From positions 36,272,001-36,336,000 of the forward strand of contig CM052818.1 of the NCBI GenBank assembly GCA_028534125.1: 64,000 nucleotides of DNA. Reading direction: 5' to 3'. This document shows positions 50,540-63,263 of this stretch, piece by piece; position 1 is the first letter of the stretch, and the number at the start of each line of letters is the position of its first letter. Below the pieces are notes generated by a model. It searched no databases, was not told the DNA's origin, and saw only the letters and a list, made by a program, of their open reading frames with translations. The DNA comes from Lama glama. Lineage: Eukaryota. A program made the translations under genes and the position numbers.

Positions 50540-51080
50540 CATGGACCCTGCGGAGCTGCCGCTGGCTACACCCAGACGCCTCGAAGGTCCCGGAGACCCC
50601 TCCGGCCCGGTCCCGCGCAGGAAGGAGCCCAGCGCCCACCGTCCGCGCCTGGCTCAGCCCCAGCTCCCCTCGCGCCCCTGGCTTTGCGCTCACCGAGTCG
50701 GCCTCGAAGGCTTGCGCTTCCCGCAGGGTCAGCGGCGCCTCAACCGCCGGGGCGGCAGTCCCTTCTGAGGACACCGCCATCGCGCACGGCTGCTCCGAGA
50801 CTGCGACCCTCCCTCTCGGGGTTATCACCCGGCCGGCCTCAGCCCCAGCCCCGCGGGGAGGGCGGCTCCCGGGCCGAGTGGGCGCGGCGCGGCGAGGGGC
50901 GGGGGCAACGCGCGGGAAATCAGGATGCCGCGAAGTGCGCGGGTTGTTTCCCAAAGTAGAAAAAACCCGCCAGGAACCCAAATTTGCTGCGCAGAAAGGC
51001 TGGCAAGTTACTTGGGGCAGTTTTTCTTGGGACAGGTCTCCGAGGGAGTGAGAGCCAGCGGCGGTTCCCGCTGAACTCTC
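50540..51080. promoter_or_regulatory. MFSD2B: MFSD2B CpG island and promoter
   Basis: CpG-dense; GATA site TTATCA 50822-50827; GC box GGGGCGGGG about 50896. Confidence 0.8.
50694..50780 (-). CDS. MFSD2B: MFSD2B coding exon 1
   Basis: GCG ATG G in the CpG island; MAVSSEGTAAPAVEAPLTLREAQAFEADS; TCG|GTGAGC donor; phase 0 matches exon 2. Confidence 0.85.
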
Positions 51081-51104
51081 CTGCGAAATCCTCTAGAAAG
51101 TCAA

Positions 51105-51790
51105 AATCGACAAATGGGCAATAAAAACTTGAAAAGATACCCTGTCATTAGGGAAATACAAAACTACAAGACAGCACTCCCCTGGAAGTCTATAATTAAA
51201 AAGATAGACAATAACAAGCATTGGTAATGGAAATGGATGTGGAAAATCATACATTGCTAGTGGGCAAGTAAACTGCAGGTGCTTAGGAAAACCTGTCAGT
51301 TCTTCAAAACTATGAAATTATATGACTCAGCAATTCCACTCCTAAGGATGTAAGAGAAATGAAAACATGATCATACAACTTTAAGACAAATGTTCATAGC
51401 AGCACTATTTATAATAGCTAAAGTGGAAACAACCCAAATGTCCATCAACTGATGGATAAATAGTTAGGAATATTCACACAATGGACTAATATTCAACAAT
51501 AAAAAGGACATGAATGACCCTTAAAAACATTTTAAGTGAAAAAACCCCCACATATTGTATGAAATGTCCAAACAGGCAACTCTATAGGAAGAATGTAGAC
51601 TTGTGGTTGTCTAGAATTGAGAGTGGAGAAAGACTGCTAATGGGTATGGAGTTCCGTTGAAGAGAGAAAAATTTTCTAAAATCAGCTTGGGGTGATGATT
51701 GCACAATCCTGTGAATACACTAAATACCTAATGTACACTCCAAATGGGTGAACTGTAAGGTATGTGGATTACACCTCAAGAAAGCTTTTT
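51105..51790 (+). mobile_element. L1MB-like 3' fragment
   Basis: 'cagcaattccactcctaagg', 'aaatgttcatagcagcactatttataatagc', 'acaacccaaatgtccatcaactgatgg'. Confidence 0.85.
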
Positions 51791-51794
51791 TAAA

Positions 51795-52050
51795 GAGGGA
51801 ATGGGTGTGATTCTTTCCACTGGATGAAATGATGAAATGCAAATATGACTGGTGCCAGCGAAGCTATCTGGAGACCTCGAGTCAACTGGTGCTGAGGTCT
51901 GCTGATTAACAATACAGGAGACATTGTTTCATGAAGTTGATCTAGCAACCCTAAACTGCTTCCCTCTGGACTTTTGCATGGGAAATAAAAATTTATTCTG
52001 TAAACCATTATTATTTTGGATTTCCTATTACAGCAAAATTTAATCCTGAA
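51795..52050 (+). mobile_element. MaLR (MLT1-like) LTR fragment
   Basis: 'tgggaaataaa...taaaccattattattttggatttcctattacagc..taatcct' is typical of MLT1 3' ends. Confidence 0.55.
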
Positions 52051-52244
52051 GTATGAACTACCCTGTCTTTCCACTTTCTATGCCTCATTCCTTAATTTAG
52101 AAAGTGGGTACCTTCAGTTTCCCGATTGAAGCCCTAGCAAATGCTGGAAGGATAATTAGGTAATGTAGGTGTTAAATATTTTATTCCTTGGAAACTAAAC
52201 ATAAACATAAAATGAAGTTTCTTTGGATAATCTACTTAAAAAAA

Positions 52245-52366
52245 TTTTCTTTTGGTTGGGGAAAGTAAATAGGCTTTTATTTATTTTTAGAGGAGGTACT
52301 GGGGATTGTACCTAGGTCTCGTGCATGCTAAGCATGTGCTCTACTGCTTTAGCTATAACCTCCCCA
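52245..52366 (-). mobile_element. Vic-1-like tRNA-derived SINE
   Basis: Reverse tRNA-Ala head with the same tail as the other copies; imperfect TSD GATAATCT..TTAAA (52226 / 52369). Confidence 0.85.
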
Positions 52367-54349
52367 GAGATAATCTTTTAAACACAGTACTTTATATGCA
52401 ATTTTAGCAGGTTTGGGAAACACTTCACTCACAATACTTGTAACACTTTGTTGCACATACTACCATTATTTTAATTTTGAAAGGAAGCAGACAGAAAAAA
52501 ACCTTCCCTCTTTTTGCACAGAAGTGCATCCCCCCACAAAGTTACTATTCTACTTAAAGTGATGGTATATTCCTAATGCAATTTTTAAAGACAAATAAAT
52601 TAGATTTCAATAAATAAAACAGGCTTACAATAAATAACCAAGAAGCTTACCTCTTAAAACTAAAGACTGATACACTTAAAAATATCTAAAGAGATGCACA
52701 CCAAAATGTTACTAGTGATTATCTCTGAATGGTGGAGTAATAGGTGAATTAAAGATAATTTTAGCATAAATACATTTTATAATTTTTTTACGAGTATGAA
52801 TTATCTGTGCGAAAACCACACATTTAAATCAAACGACAAAGAGCCAGTAACAATGGTTAAAGTATCTGGCAAAACAGAAGGCACCTAATAAATGTCTGTT
52901 GATTCTCAAACTGAATGACTGTGCCAAATAAAAATGACAAATGCATCCATATGTAACTACTTTACACAAACAAGTAGAAATTTCACAGATCCTTTTAATA
53001 AACAGTATTTCATCCTTAAGACAACAGTTCTTTAACCATTAGCAAGATTGCTTTGAAAATGCTTTAAGGCACTGAAATAGATGCATAAATATTTTCAACA
53101 CAGATATAATGAAGCGTATTCTCAATGAGAGAAGTATATAAAATAAATAAGATCACTTTTATAACCTGGATAAAGCATAGTAATTTAACCAATAAATTAG
53201 AATCTGTAAATTAGATATGTACTTCTATATATCAGTCCGAATGACAATTTTAAAGAAACTGATTGATGCCAATTTTGAAACAACTCCCTAGGTCAAACTG
53301 TATTCCACATCTAAGATGCTCACTTATTTTCAAGTATGCCTTCACTTGCTAAATTCAGTTTGTTTTCTAAAGTCAATATACTTTAAGTATTCTACACAAT
53401 TAACAACTTTAGAATTTTAAACTTTCACATAAAAAGCTTTATCAGATGGCTCTCACTTTAGAAAACCTTTAAGAGTATCATCCACATTAAAGTTTTCAGT
53501 TACAAAAACGAGAGTTATTGCTAATGACAGGCCTTTCTCTATAGAAACTTCTCACTGGGGTGTATTCTACAGGTACATACAAGAAAACCTCTAATGTGCC
53601 TTCTGGTTAATAACTACTATAAGCTGGAAAAGTCACAAAGGAGGCTTTTCTATACATACAAGAAAAATATTTCCAACGAGAAGCCCCTTTATAGATATAT
53701 ATGGAGAATCACATACTAATAATTATGCAAATAAAAATTATAAAATGCTTCATGATAGGCCTATATGAGACATTTCTTACAGATTCTTGAGAATACATTA
53801 ATCATCTTGTTATATCTGATTTTACTAACCCTTCATTTTTGTAAGAATGCCATTATTTTTCTTTAACTAGAGAGAGAGCTCAACCATGGCTTTAAGTATC
53901 TGTTCATTTCTGAGGGAAAATGACAAAAGGAAAAGGCTCTCCTTTGTCTTTCCTTTCTTCCTGATAAAAAGACAGACTTCTACCATGTGGAAGGCTGACA
54001 GCTAGAAAAGGAAGCATTCTTAAAATGGACCTCAAATAGAAGACGTATCTTATAAACCAGGTCATCCTGGTTATGTGTGTATTTCCTTTCTGTTATCCCT
54101 GAGCCATTAATTAAAAAAAAAAAACAAACTCATTTAAATGTTGCAGCCTTGTCTCAGCTGTGTTTATAGGAGATAAAGCACAGGTTTATGTCATGATTAG
54201 TTCAGAGTTAAAGCAGGGAGGGGGAACAGTCTAAGAACAAACTGTGTGGGATTAAGATAAATTTAAAAGTCTAACAGTTCCATAGCAGAGGAGTCTTGCA
54301 CTGTCCATGGTGAAGCATATAGGTTTTATTTTGTTAGGGTGGAAGCTTA

Positions 54350-54920
54350 ATGCAGGATTTCCTAAAGACTGGTTTGTCTACTATATACCTAAGAATCACT
54401 TGAGATTAAAGATGTAGAGATCTGGAACCCATCCCAGATACAATGAATCATTAGAATGTGTGGTAGGTGGCAGGAACAGGCATTCTGAAAAGCTTCCCAA
54501 GTGATTCTTACTCATTAAGGCTGAGAATCACTGCTTTATAAGACTCGTTCTTACAAGAGGTCTGCAAGGTCCAAACTATTTTCATAATCATACTAAGATG
54601 TTATTTGCTTTCTTTCACTTTCTCTTGAAGGTACAGTAGCATTTACTAGCGGCTACATGATGTGTGATATCGCAACAGATTGAATGTAGAAGCAGATGAG
54701 ATTCCATCTGTCTTTAAGTCAGAGAGTAAAGATATCTGCAAAATTGGAATACAATGCCACATTTCTCAATCTTTTCACATTTTAGAAAATATTTTTCATA
54801 AAATGCTATACATTTATTATTTTAATGAATAAATATTTTATAACTTTTATTTTAAATATTAATATATATAAACCCATATAAGCAGAAGGTCTTGAGATCA
54901 AAAAGACTGAGAACTGCTCC
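54350..54920. mobile_element. Adjacent MER5-like and Charlie1-like hAT fragments
   Basis: 'ttcccaagtgattct...gagaatcactg' and 'gtccaaactattttcataat..tactaagatgttatttgc...gagaactgct'. Confidence 0.6.
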
Positions 54921-56072
54921 TTCCAGCAGACGTCCAGCACCCATGAACATTACTGCTAACAGTCATGACCACTTAGTTCCTTAGCACACTCAATGTATAT
55001 TTCATTTTAACTATGATTCAATAGATCATCTGCAAAAAAAACCTTCTTAAACTTATTTTCAGGCAAGGGGATTTAATCTGACAGTGAAATGCTGAAGTAT
55101 AACCATTTTTAGTTTAAAATCTAAGGTATGAAGTATGTTTTCCTGGGTGACGTAATGTGACAAATAATCCTTTATATTAATAAATAAACATGCTGACTGA
55201 TATACGGAATAGAAAACCATACTTTACATGACGCATTCAAAAAATATTCATTAGTAATATGACAACACAAGCATTAGATTCTCAGTGAGTGATGGCAAAC
55301 AACTGGCCCACTCCAAATGTCAGCTAAGAACAAATCCCTAATTTCTGAAAGAAAATAAAATAGGGGATGAACTGGGGTTCCTAGAGAAAAAATAATTTTT
55401 AAAAATTTGTATGTTTCAAAAATACTGAAATGTGGGTAGGCAGATTGATACTGACATTATACTAAGCTACACAAATTTATTCTTAATGAAAATACATCCC
55501 AGATACTGTTGCCAAATTAATATCTGAGTGTATCTTAACATTACAGAATGCAAATTGGGAATACTTTGAAGGTTTACGCATAGCTGTGGTGAAAGCAGTT
55601 CCTTCCAGCCTTTTGATTGCATATCAGATATAAAAAAATTATACTGATGTTTTTGACCTGCCATGTACAATTTTTTTTAATGTATTGCTATTTTAAAAAA
55701 TCTGAGACAGTTAATATTTAAATAAGTCACTGCTGCTTGGGAATAAGGTTCGAATGAAAGATGTGGTGAACCTATTTGCTAATGTATACCCTATTAAGAT
55801 TTTAAATGATACAGTTATTTAATATATTGTTACGTTGAATAATTGGTATTTGAAAATAAGTATATTTTTCTGGGTAGCCTTCCGGAAAAGTTCACAGAAT
55901 ACACTTTCCAGTCACAGTTTAAGCTGCTATCTTGTACTTATTTAAAAATCTCACCAGGAGGGAGCTGAATAGTGCCAAACCCAACAAATCTGGCTTTCCC
56001 CCACTTTGATTTGCATGTCCACTTACAATCATTTCTCTGGAAACTTTCCACTTAGTGTATCTAAAACCAATG

Positions 56073-56265
56073 TTATGAAAGTTCTTTAAAAGGTTCAGCA
56101 GTTTTCTTGAGTCTCTGAATGATTACAGCATTCTGCAAATCTGCTTCTTCCAGTGTGAGTGTTTCATCTAGCAATTTGAGGAAAGGAAGAGCTGTTGCCA
56201 GGGAAAAGGGAGGACTTCTTTGAGATCCTTGGTATTTTTCGATGAAGTCTTTGATGTGGCTTATC
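56073..56265 (-). CDS. UBXN2A: UBXN2A (SEP/UBX p97 cofactor) last coding exon
   Basis: tttacAG acceptor; (R)ISHIKDFIEKYQGSQRSPPFSLATALPFLKLLDETLTLEEADLQNAVIIQRLKKTAEPFKELS-TAA. Confidence 0.95.
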
Positions 56266-57699
56266 CTGTAAAATAGCACAAACTATTAATATAATTTTGT
56301 GAAAACTTGAATAAGCTAATTTAAGGTAAAAACTTGTGATGATATCCGGCTATGTTAGTGTATAGAATAATCCAATTATGATGAAAGAATTACTCATTTG
56401 AGCTATCTTTTAAAGGCTGATCCCTGATAATAGTAAGGAATTATTATTAATTATCTTGTATGTGACAGGGTTATTATTATAATCTGAGTACTTATCTTTA
56501 GAAACACAAACTGAAATATTTACATATTAAAGTATATGAAGTCTGTATTTGCTTCCACATAGTTCAATGGGAACTGAGTGATGGATTATTATCCCTTGTC
56601 TTTGCTTTTGCATATGCCTAAAAGTTTCTGTAATAGAAAGTCTACATATCCAGCTCTGAATGGATCAGAAGGGGTCCAACCAGTAATACTACAAAGACAT
56701 AGATCGTATCTCTTAAATATCAGGTCATGTTATGCTTCAAGGTAATTAAGAAAACTCTTAACTCAGTGCAAATATATCTTCAGTTAGTAAAATGAACACT
56801 ATAATGTAATATGATCACTGTAATCTTGAAGTCAGCCCAAAGTTATGTTCATGTAAGTATATGCATGTGTATTTAGAGAGACCATGTATTCAGTTCATCA
56901 AAACTAAGATGCCATTGATTTTAAGATCATTCTATATATTACTAAAAAAAAAAAAATCCAGTTTATGACAAAATACTTTCTTAACACTTAGAATTTTTAT
57001 ATTTATTGAAAGAGCACTTTTAACTTATTGTCACATAAACATTCATCAAATCGCTCAAGTACTTCCGTCATAAAACTAGAATAAAAAGGTTGTCATCCCT
57101 AGCATTTGAACATTACTCAGATTCAGATCCTTCGAGTCACTTCTGATTCAGTCATTAATGTATGTGTTTTTCCACATACTATACCCCTCTGTATCATCAG
57201 GTGTGCTCATATAAAATTTCCTAAAAAAATGCCCCATTACTGTCTCTGGGGTGATCTTTCATTGAGCTGACACTTGATCTGCATGCTTTGAGGCAGATGC
57301 CAAGGCAAAGACAAATGTATCATGACTGTCATATGGCCAACAATAGAATATAGGATATATTCTCATTTCAGAGATGCTAAGATGTGAAAATATGTGCAAA
57401 CAAGAATTAATGAAATATGACATCACTAAAGACAGAATTCTCACGTTCAGTCAATTAACTAATTGCCACTCTATTAACTTGTGCAGATTACCAGAAAAGT
57501 CAAGAAAATGGTCACTTATATTTATTTGGGTACCAAAAATTGGGTAACTAAAGGCTAAAGCTTACGGCAAAAATTATAAAAGGTAAGAAAACAACAAAGA
57601 TTAAAGGAACTATGCGGTAAAAACTTAAAATATGACTGTGGTCTCTACAATACTGTTAAGAGGACAAAGAAATGCCACTCTGAAAAGCTGAAAGAGAAA

Positions 57700-60470
57700 A
57701 AAAAACAAATACTTATTAAGCTCAAAAAGAGGCGAGAAAGGAGGAATGAAAAATAAAAAGATGTGGGGTAAACAGAAATTCTAAGAGCAAGATGGTAGTC
57801 TTAAACCCAACTAGTCAATGGAGTAAATATTCTAATTAAAAAATAAAGCTTGGTTAATTGTCACTTAGTAAGTACTGTTGGCTAGACAAAGTTTTTAAAA
57901 TGCTTCAAGTCATTCAGGGGAAAAAAAATCTAGGTGACCATTTGTTATGGAAAATGCCAGAAGTATTTTTCTAGGCAAAGAAGTTGGGATTAAAATATTT
58001 TATTTCCGTAAAAAGAAGCAAATTTGGACCAGAATAATTCTCGTTTTCACATCCTTAGTCTGCCCTCCTTTCCATTAGAAACAAATTTGGGTCACAGAAG
58101 CACTTTAAACACATGCTTCTTCTATTATGATAATCAGCTCTCTGATTCTAGGTGTCTAGGGTGATTCTGACATTAAGAAATATTTTAAGTGAAATGCCTT
58201 GAAGAGAGCTAAACACCTAGACAGCCCTCAGTAGATGGTAGCTAACTAAAAAGGAAACAAAAACACAAAACAGGAACCAAAAAAGACTGTTAGCCTACAT
58301 ATAAAAACTAAACTCAACTATTTACAAGAAACACTGTTAAATATACAAATACAGATAAATACACCACTAAGCTGAAATTAAAAGGAAGGAGAAAGATATA
58401 CCATATCATGAAAGCGCACTATAAGGAAGCTGGTGTGACTATATCAGTTAACAGGCAAAGTAAATTTTAACACAAATTATCAGGGATTAAGAAAGACATT
58501 AGTAGTGCTACAGAGGCCAATCAATCAGAAAAAAATTGATCAATGTCTGGACCTAATTATATAGCTTTAACATATGTAAAGTAAATGGTGACAGAAAGAA
58601 AGGAGGACTAGACAAATCCACAATCATGGTTGGGGACTAGCACAATTCTTTAGGTAACTGATAAAATAAGCAGGGGGTAAAAGGCAGTAATTTAATATAT
58701 TATAAAGTAACAATAATTAAGACAATGTGGAGTACAAAAGGAAAGACAGACAGATGCATCAAACAGAATGGAGAGTGCAGAACAGATCATCTGATTTACA
58801 AAAAGATGTCATAGAAACTGGGTCAGGGAAGAATATGCTTCTACAAATAGTGGAATAAAAAGGACCTGGCCATGTAACTTGCTCTGGCCAACAGGACGTG
58901 AGGAGAGTGATACACGTAAATGCTTGCTTAGTGGGACTAGCCCTCTTGAGCCTCTGCCCTTGCTATGAGAACTACAGGACCAGGTAGTTTGCTGATTCAA
59001 GAATGATGAGACACAAAGGAGCAGACTTAGGCTCACTGACAAGCAGCTTGAATTAGAACTCTCCTAGATGACGTGCAAATAAGTCAATGAGCTCAACTGA
59101 GATCAGCAAAGCCGCAACCACTGACACATGAGAAATAAAAACTTAATATTCTATGCTGAGATTTTTGTGACTGTTTACTGAGCAATGTTGACTGATACAT
59201 CCACTGTAAGACGCCAAGTAGGGTTAAGACTATATCCAAATTGAGAGGGGAGAGGTGGTGCACAGCAGGCTGTCTCAAGTACAATAAAAAGAACATTCAT
59301 ACAGAGGAGTGGCCAACTCCAGTGTGTCACAACCAGAAGAGTAAAGAGAACAGCCAAGAATGGGGGAGGACAGGCAGCACTGACCGCCAGAGCCTGACAG
59401 GGTGAACAGCTCATGGGAGTGGTATGTCAAGAGGCCCAGCAGGAAGACGAAGGCTTCCATGTCAGGGAGAAGGTAGCAGTGGAAAGAAGTGACTGGTTAC
59501 ATACAACAAAACTGATCAACAAATCAATATATTAAGAATAACTAGTCAGGCATCTCACTGTGAAGAAGTTAGTTACAGATATGGAAGGGGGAAAACCAGA
59601 ACAAACCTTGTGGTGGTGGATGGATAGAGGTATCTATGTGAATTCATGGCTTTTGACATGCAAAGATATAGAAATACAGATATAAATGTGTATGTGTGAT
59701 GGGTCTCTCTCTCTCTCTTTATATGTATATACTTATGTGTCTGTACGTGTGTGTGTATGCATACACACTGGCAGCTCTTCCCACTCGGAGGGCCTGGGAG
59801 TGGTGGCAATAAGTATACCTAGTAACCAGATCCCGGCTTCTCAATACCACTGTCTACTAAAAAGCACCAGGGTTTCTTAGAAAAGGTACAATTGAAAATT
59901 TTGTGCCAGTAAATAAGAAAACACTCAAAGAATGATGGGAACCTGTAAAAAGTTTAAAGGAGGTCCAACTAACTGTATCCTGTACAATTTGGGCATTAAA
60001 ATAAATACCTCTGGTAAGAGATTATAATTACAACTCACTCAATAAGATAGTTATTCATGAGTCATGGTTATGACTAGATAAAGGCATCAATTCTGTGATA
60101 GTCCTGCTAAAATCAGTGACCTAAATAAAATTATGAGAAACCATCAAATAAAAAATTGATCTGTAATTTAAAAAAATGTCAAGGTCATAAAACTCAAGGA
60201 AAGAGTGAGGAATTATTATTTCAAACTGAGACATGACAAGTAAATGCAATGCATGTTTCTGAATGGTCTTTGGTACAAAGGATGATATTAAACGTCAAAC
60301 ATTGACCAGCATCCAAATAACAGCTGACAAAAGTGAATCAATGTTAAATCCCCATCTAACCATGGCTCAATTGTGGTCACATGGGACAATGTCCTTATTT
60401 GTAGAAAATACAAACTAAAATATTTCAGGTTATGGGTCATCAGATTGGCAATTTACTGTTTTTTTGTTTT
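57700..60470 (+). mobile_element. Fragmented old L1M (L1MC/MD-like) with an MLT1 LTR insert (about 58865-59198)
   Basis: ORF2-start-like 'gaaagctggtgtgactat...gacaaatccacaatcatggttgggga' and L1MC-type 3'UTR motifs. Confidence 0.65.
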
Positions 60471-61001
60471 TGTTTTTAATATTCTGGAATAGCTTATTTC
60501 ATCCAACTTGTTACTTGAAGAGTTTTACTTTTATACATCAATATGCAAAACAAATTTTTACATTACATTTAGTCATTACAGGTATCACAGAGAACTCAGT
60601 GCCCCCTCCTGGGTCTCAGGACAGAGAAGAGATAAAGAGCTTGTCAACTTGTTGCAACTACAAGGAGGATATATATACAAACACAACTGAAAAGGTAAAC
60701 TTATAACCACAAAACCTTTCCCATGCTGTTATGACAAAGCTGCCTAGCTCTTAATGTATCTGATCTTTGCTTCGGATTCTTGAAAAGGGTTATACGCTTT
60801 TTGATATTCTTAATGATATCACTAAGGAAGAGCTAAGACACCTTAGACTATGGCAGAATAGCCTCAGAACATGTTGTGTAACAGAAAATGACTTTTTTTG
60901 GTGTGACACACTGTCAACTTACTCTTGAATCATTAGGGGAAAAAGTTCTTTATACTGTTCTTAAAACTTTTCTGTATGATTGTTTTAAAAAAATTATTTG
61001 A

Positions 61002-61130
61002 GGGGGAAGATATAGCTCAAGTGGTAGAGTGCATGCTTAGCATGCACAAGGTCCTGGGTTCAATCCCCAGCAACCCCTCTAAAAAAATAAATAAATAAAC
61101 CTAATTACTTTCCCCTCTCCCCCCAAAAAT
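61002..61130 (+). mobile_element. Vic-1-like tRNA-derived SINE
   Basis: TAGCTCAAGTGGTAGAG...CTTAGCATG...GGTTCAATCC; perfect 11-bp TSD AAATTATTTGA (60991-61001 / 61131-61141). Confidence 0.9.
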
Positions 61131-61892
61131 AAATTATTTGAAAATGAGCAAAACAACTCAGTATTTTTTAGAGATACACATGTACTTGGTAAAACTATGA
61201 ACAAAAGCAGAAAATGATTAACACAAAATTACAATCTCTTGCACAAAAGGAAAGAGATGTTCAGGCAAAGGAATACAAGATACATTGGTATATGTTAGAG
61301 CTAGGTGGTACATATATGTTTATTTTATTATTATTATTTTAACTAAGCATATGTATGTATAACATATGTTCTATTTATCTGTATAACATCCCCCAATTTT
61401 TGATGCTTTTAAATAGAGGGAAACCTATATACAGTATGTTCCTACTCTTAAAATGAAAAATATTTTAAGAGATAAAACAGTAGAAAAGTCCATCAAACTG
61501 GTAATAGTGATTATCTGTGGGTGATGGAATTTAAATTGACTTCAGTTTCAGTACTTTTCGGTATGTTCATTTTATACTACAATTAACAAAAATATGCACA
61601 TAATGCCAACAATCAACTTAAAGACATATTGAAAATAATTCTTTTGAAATTATGTATCTAGTTAAGCAGGAAAACTAATGAAATGAAAAGAATGATAATC
61701 CATAAAACAGACTGAAAATACTTCATTAATGTCCAAGATTTTCATTGTCATGATATATTATGTTTAGAGAACTGTTTATTAAGAGTCTTGGTTAGTTCTT
61801 AAAAACAACTGCTGACTGATCTGAAATGAAGAAGTAAAATGAAAATTTAGGGGAAAAATCAGACAAATAGTGAAATGAAACAGAAGACTCAC

Positions 61893-62051
61893 CTATGAGA
61901 AATGTTAAATTTCTGGACAATCCTTTTCCCATTGGCTAACCAGATCTGTATATTAGTGATGGGTTCCAGATTGTTTAGTGGAACAGTCGACAACTTATTT
62001 TTATTCTCTACTTCAATACTCTTTGCTTTAGAAACAATTTTTGGTGTGGCA
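61893..62051 (-). CDS. UBXN2A: UBXN2A penultimate coding exon
   Basis: 159 nt; ATPKIVSKAKSIEVENKNKLSTVPLNNLEPITNIQIWLANGKRIVQKFNISH (start of UBX domain). Confidence 0.95.
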
Positions 62052-63125
62052 CTAAGAAAATCCAGACAACAAAGACAGATATATGTTTTTCATTAAGCAG
62101 AACTTCACCATTAAATAATTACTAAAAAACCTTTACACTAAGTATAGTTTTAGGAAGGTTTCAGCCAGTCACAGCTGTTCCCTCAATAACACATTAAGAT
62201 ATTAATATCAGTTATACCGACCATACACGATGATTATAGGAATCTAATGAAATACGCACATCCAAGTAATTTGTAAGCTTGTGGAGCGTTACGTAAATAC
62301 ACTGTTAGCAGTATTTGAAGAGTGCCTTACAGAAAAGAGAATTTTACAGTGTTGACAGATCTATAAACTTTACCTTTACCTACTCCTCAGGTTAAAATTT
62401 CTAAAAAATTTTAAGTTCTCTGTAGAGAACAGTGTTTGGGTTATAAAGGAAAAGAAAGGAAACGAAGTATTTCTTCATCATTCTGGCAGTCACATTTGGG
62501 TATTTTTATATGGGTAGATGAATACGTATACATATATTTTACCAATCTTGATAATTAATATACGGAAATTCATTTTTAAAAAGCAGTCTTATACCTAACC
62601 TCTTTGCATTTTCTGTCATAGGCATAATTAGGTAAGACGAAGACTGCAAAGTCTGAAAATAAAAAAGCTTTGATACTAACTTTATCAGGTATTTTTTCAT
62701 TCTTATTACCTCAAAATTCAGATACTGGTCAAGAACACAATGTTGAAGGCATTGGTAACTATAATATAGAACTCCACATTCAAAAGCTACTCTATAACAT
62801 TAATGGCAATGATCAAGTGGTGGATACAAGGAAGAAAAAATGATTTATCCACCCAAATTTGCTGAATGTCTTCAATAAGCCAGGCCCTTCTGATACGATA
62901 AAACAAAAAAAGGCTTCATGATTTTTTAGTGTAGTGCCAATATATGTTAATATAACAAGGTGAATATGACTTAGAAGTTCTCATAAAAGTTAACATGAAA
63001 AATCTCATTTCCAGTGAAGAGAAATGATAAACTCTATATATGTGGTCTACGTGGTAAAAATAATGACAGGCTGAATATCTGTCAAAACTCTGCTTATGGC
63101 AAGCACAGCGCAAGAGACTACTCAC

Positions 63126-63263
63126 CTTCCCAGTCTGTGACCCTGTCCTGAGAAGGGCTGGAACACAGGCTTCGTTGACATACATACTTCATTTTTCTTA
63201 TCTTCAACTTCAACATCCACCTCCTCTTTATCAAAGACTCCCTGTAATTCTAAAGGTAATTCC
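63126..63263 (-). CDS. UBXN2A: UBXN2A coding exon (end of SEP domain, SHP box); upstream exons lie outside the window
   Basis: 138 nt; ELPLELQGVFDKEEVDVEVEDKKNEVCMSTKPVFQPFSGQGHRLG. Confidence 0.95.

Noticed and set aside
50781..50981. In-frame upstream extension of MFSD2B (ORF 50490-50981)
   Set aside because: Begins at TTG in the promoter CpG island; the first ATG with a good Kozak context is at 50780.
61002..61080. tRNA-Ala(AGC)-like sequence (also at 8250, 35930 and 52300)
   Set aside because: SINE tail, TSDs and a disrupted acceptor stem identify these as SINE heads, not tRNA genes.
62288..62296. GTTACGTAA PAR-bZIP/NFIL3-like palindrome in a UBXN2A intron
   Set aside because: A single 8-mer is expected by chance in 64 kb, with no supporting motif cluster.
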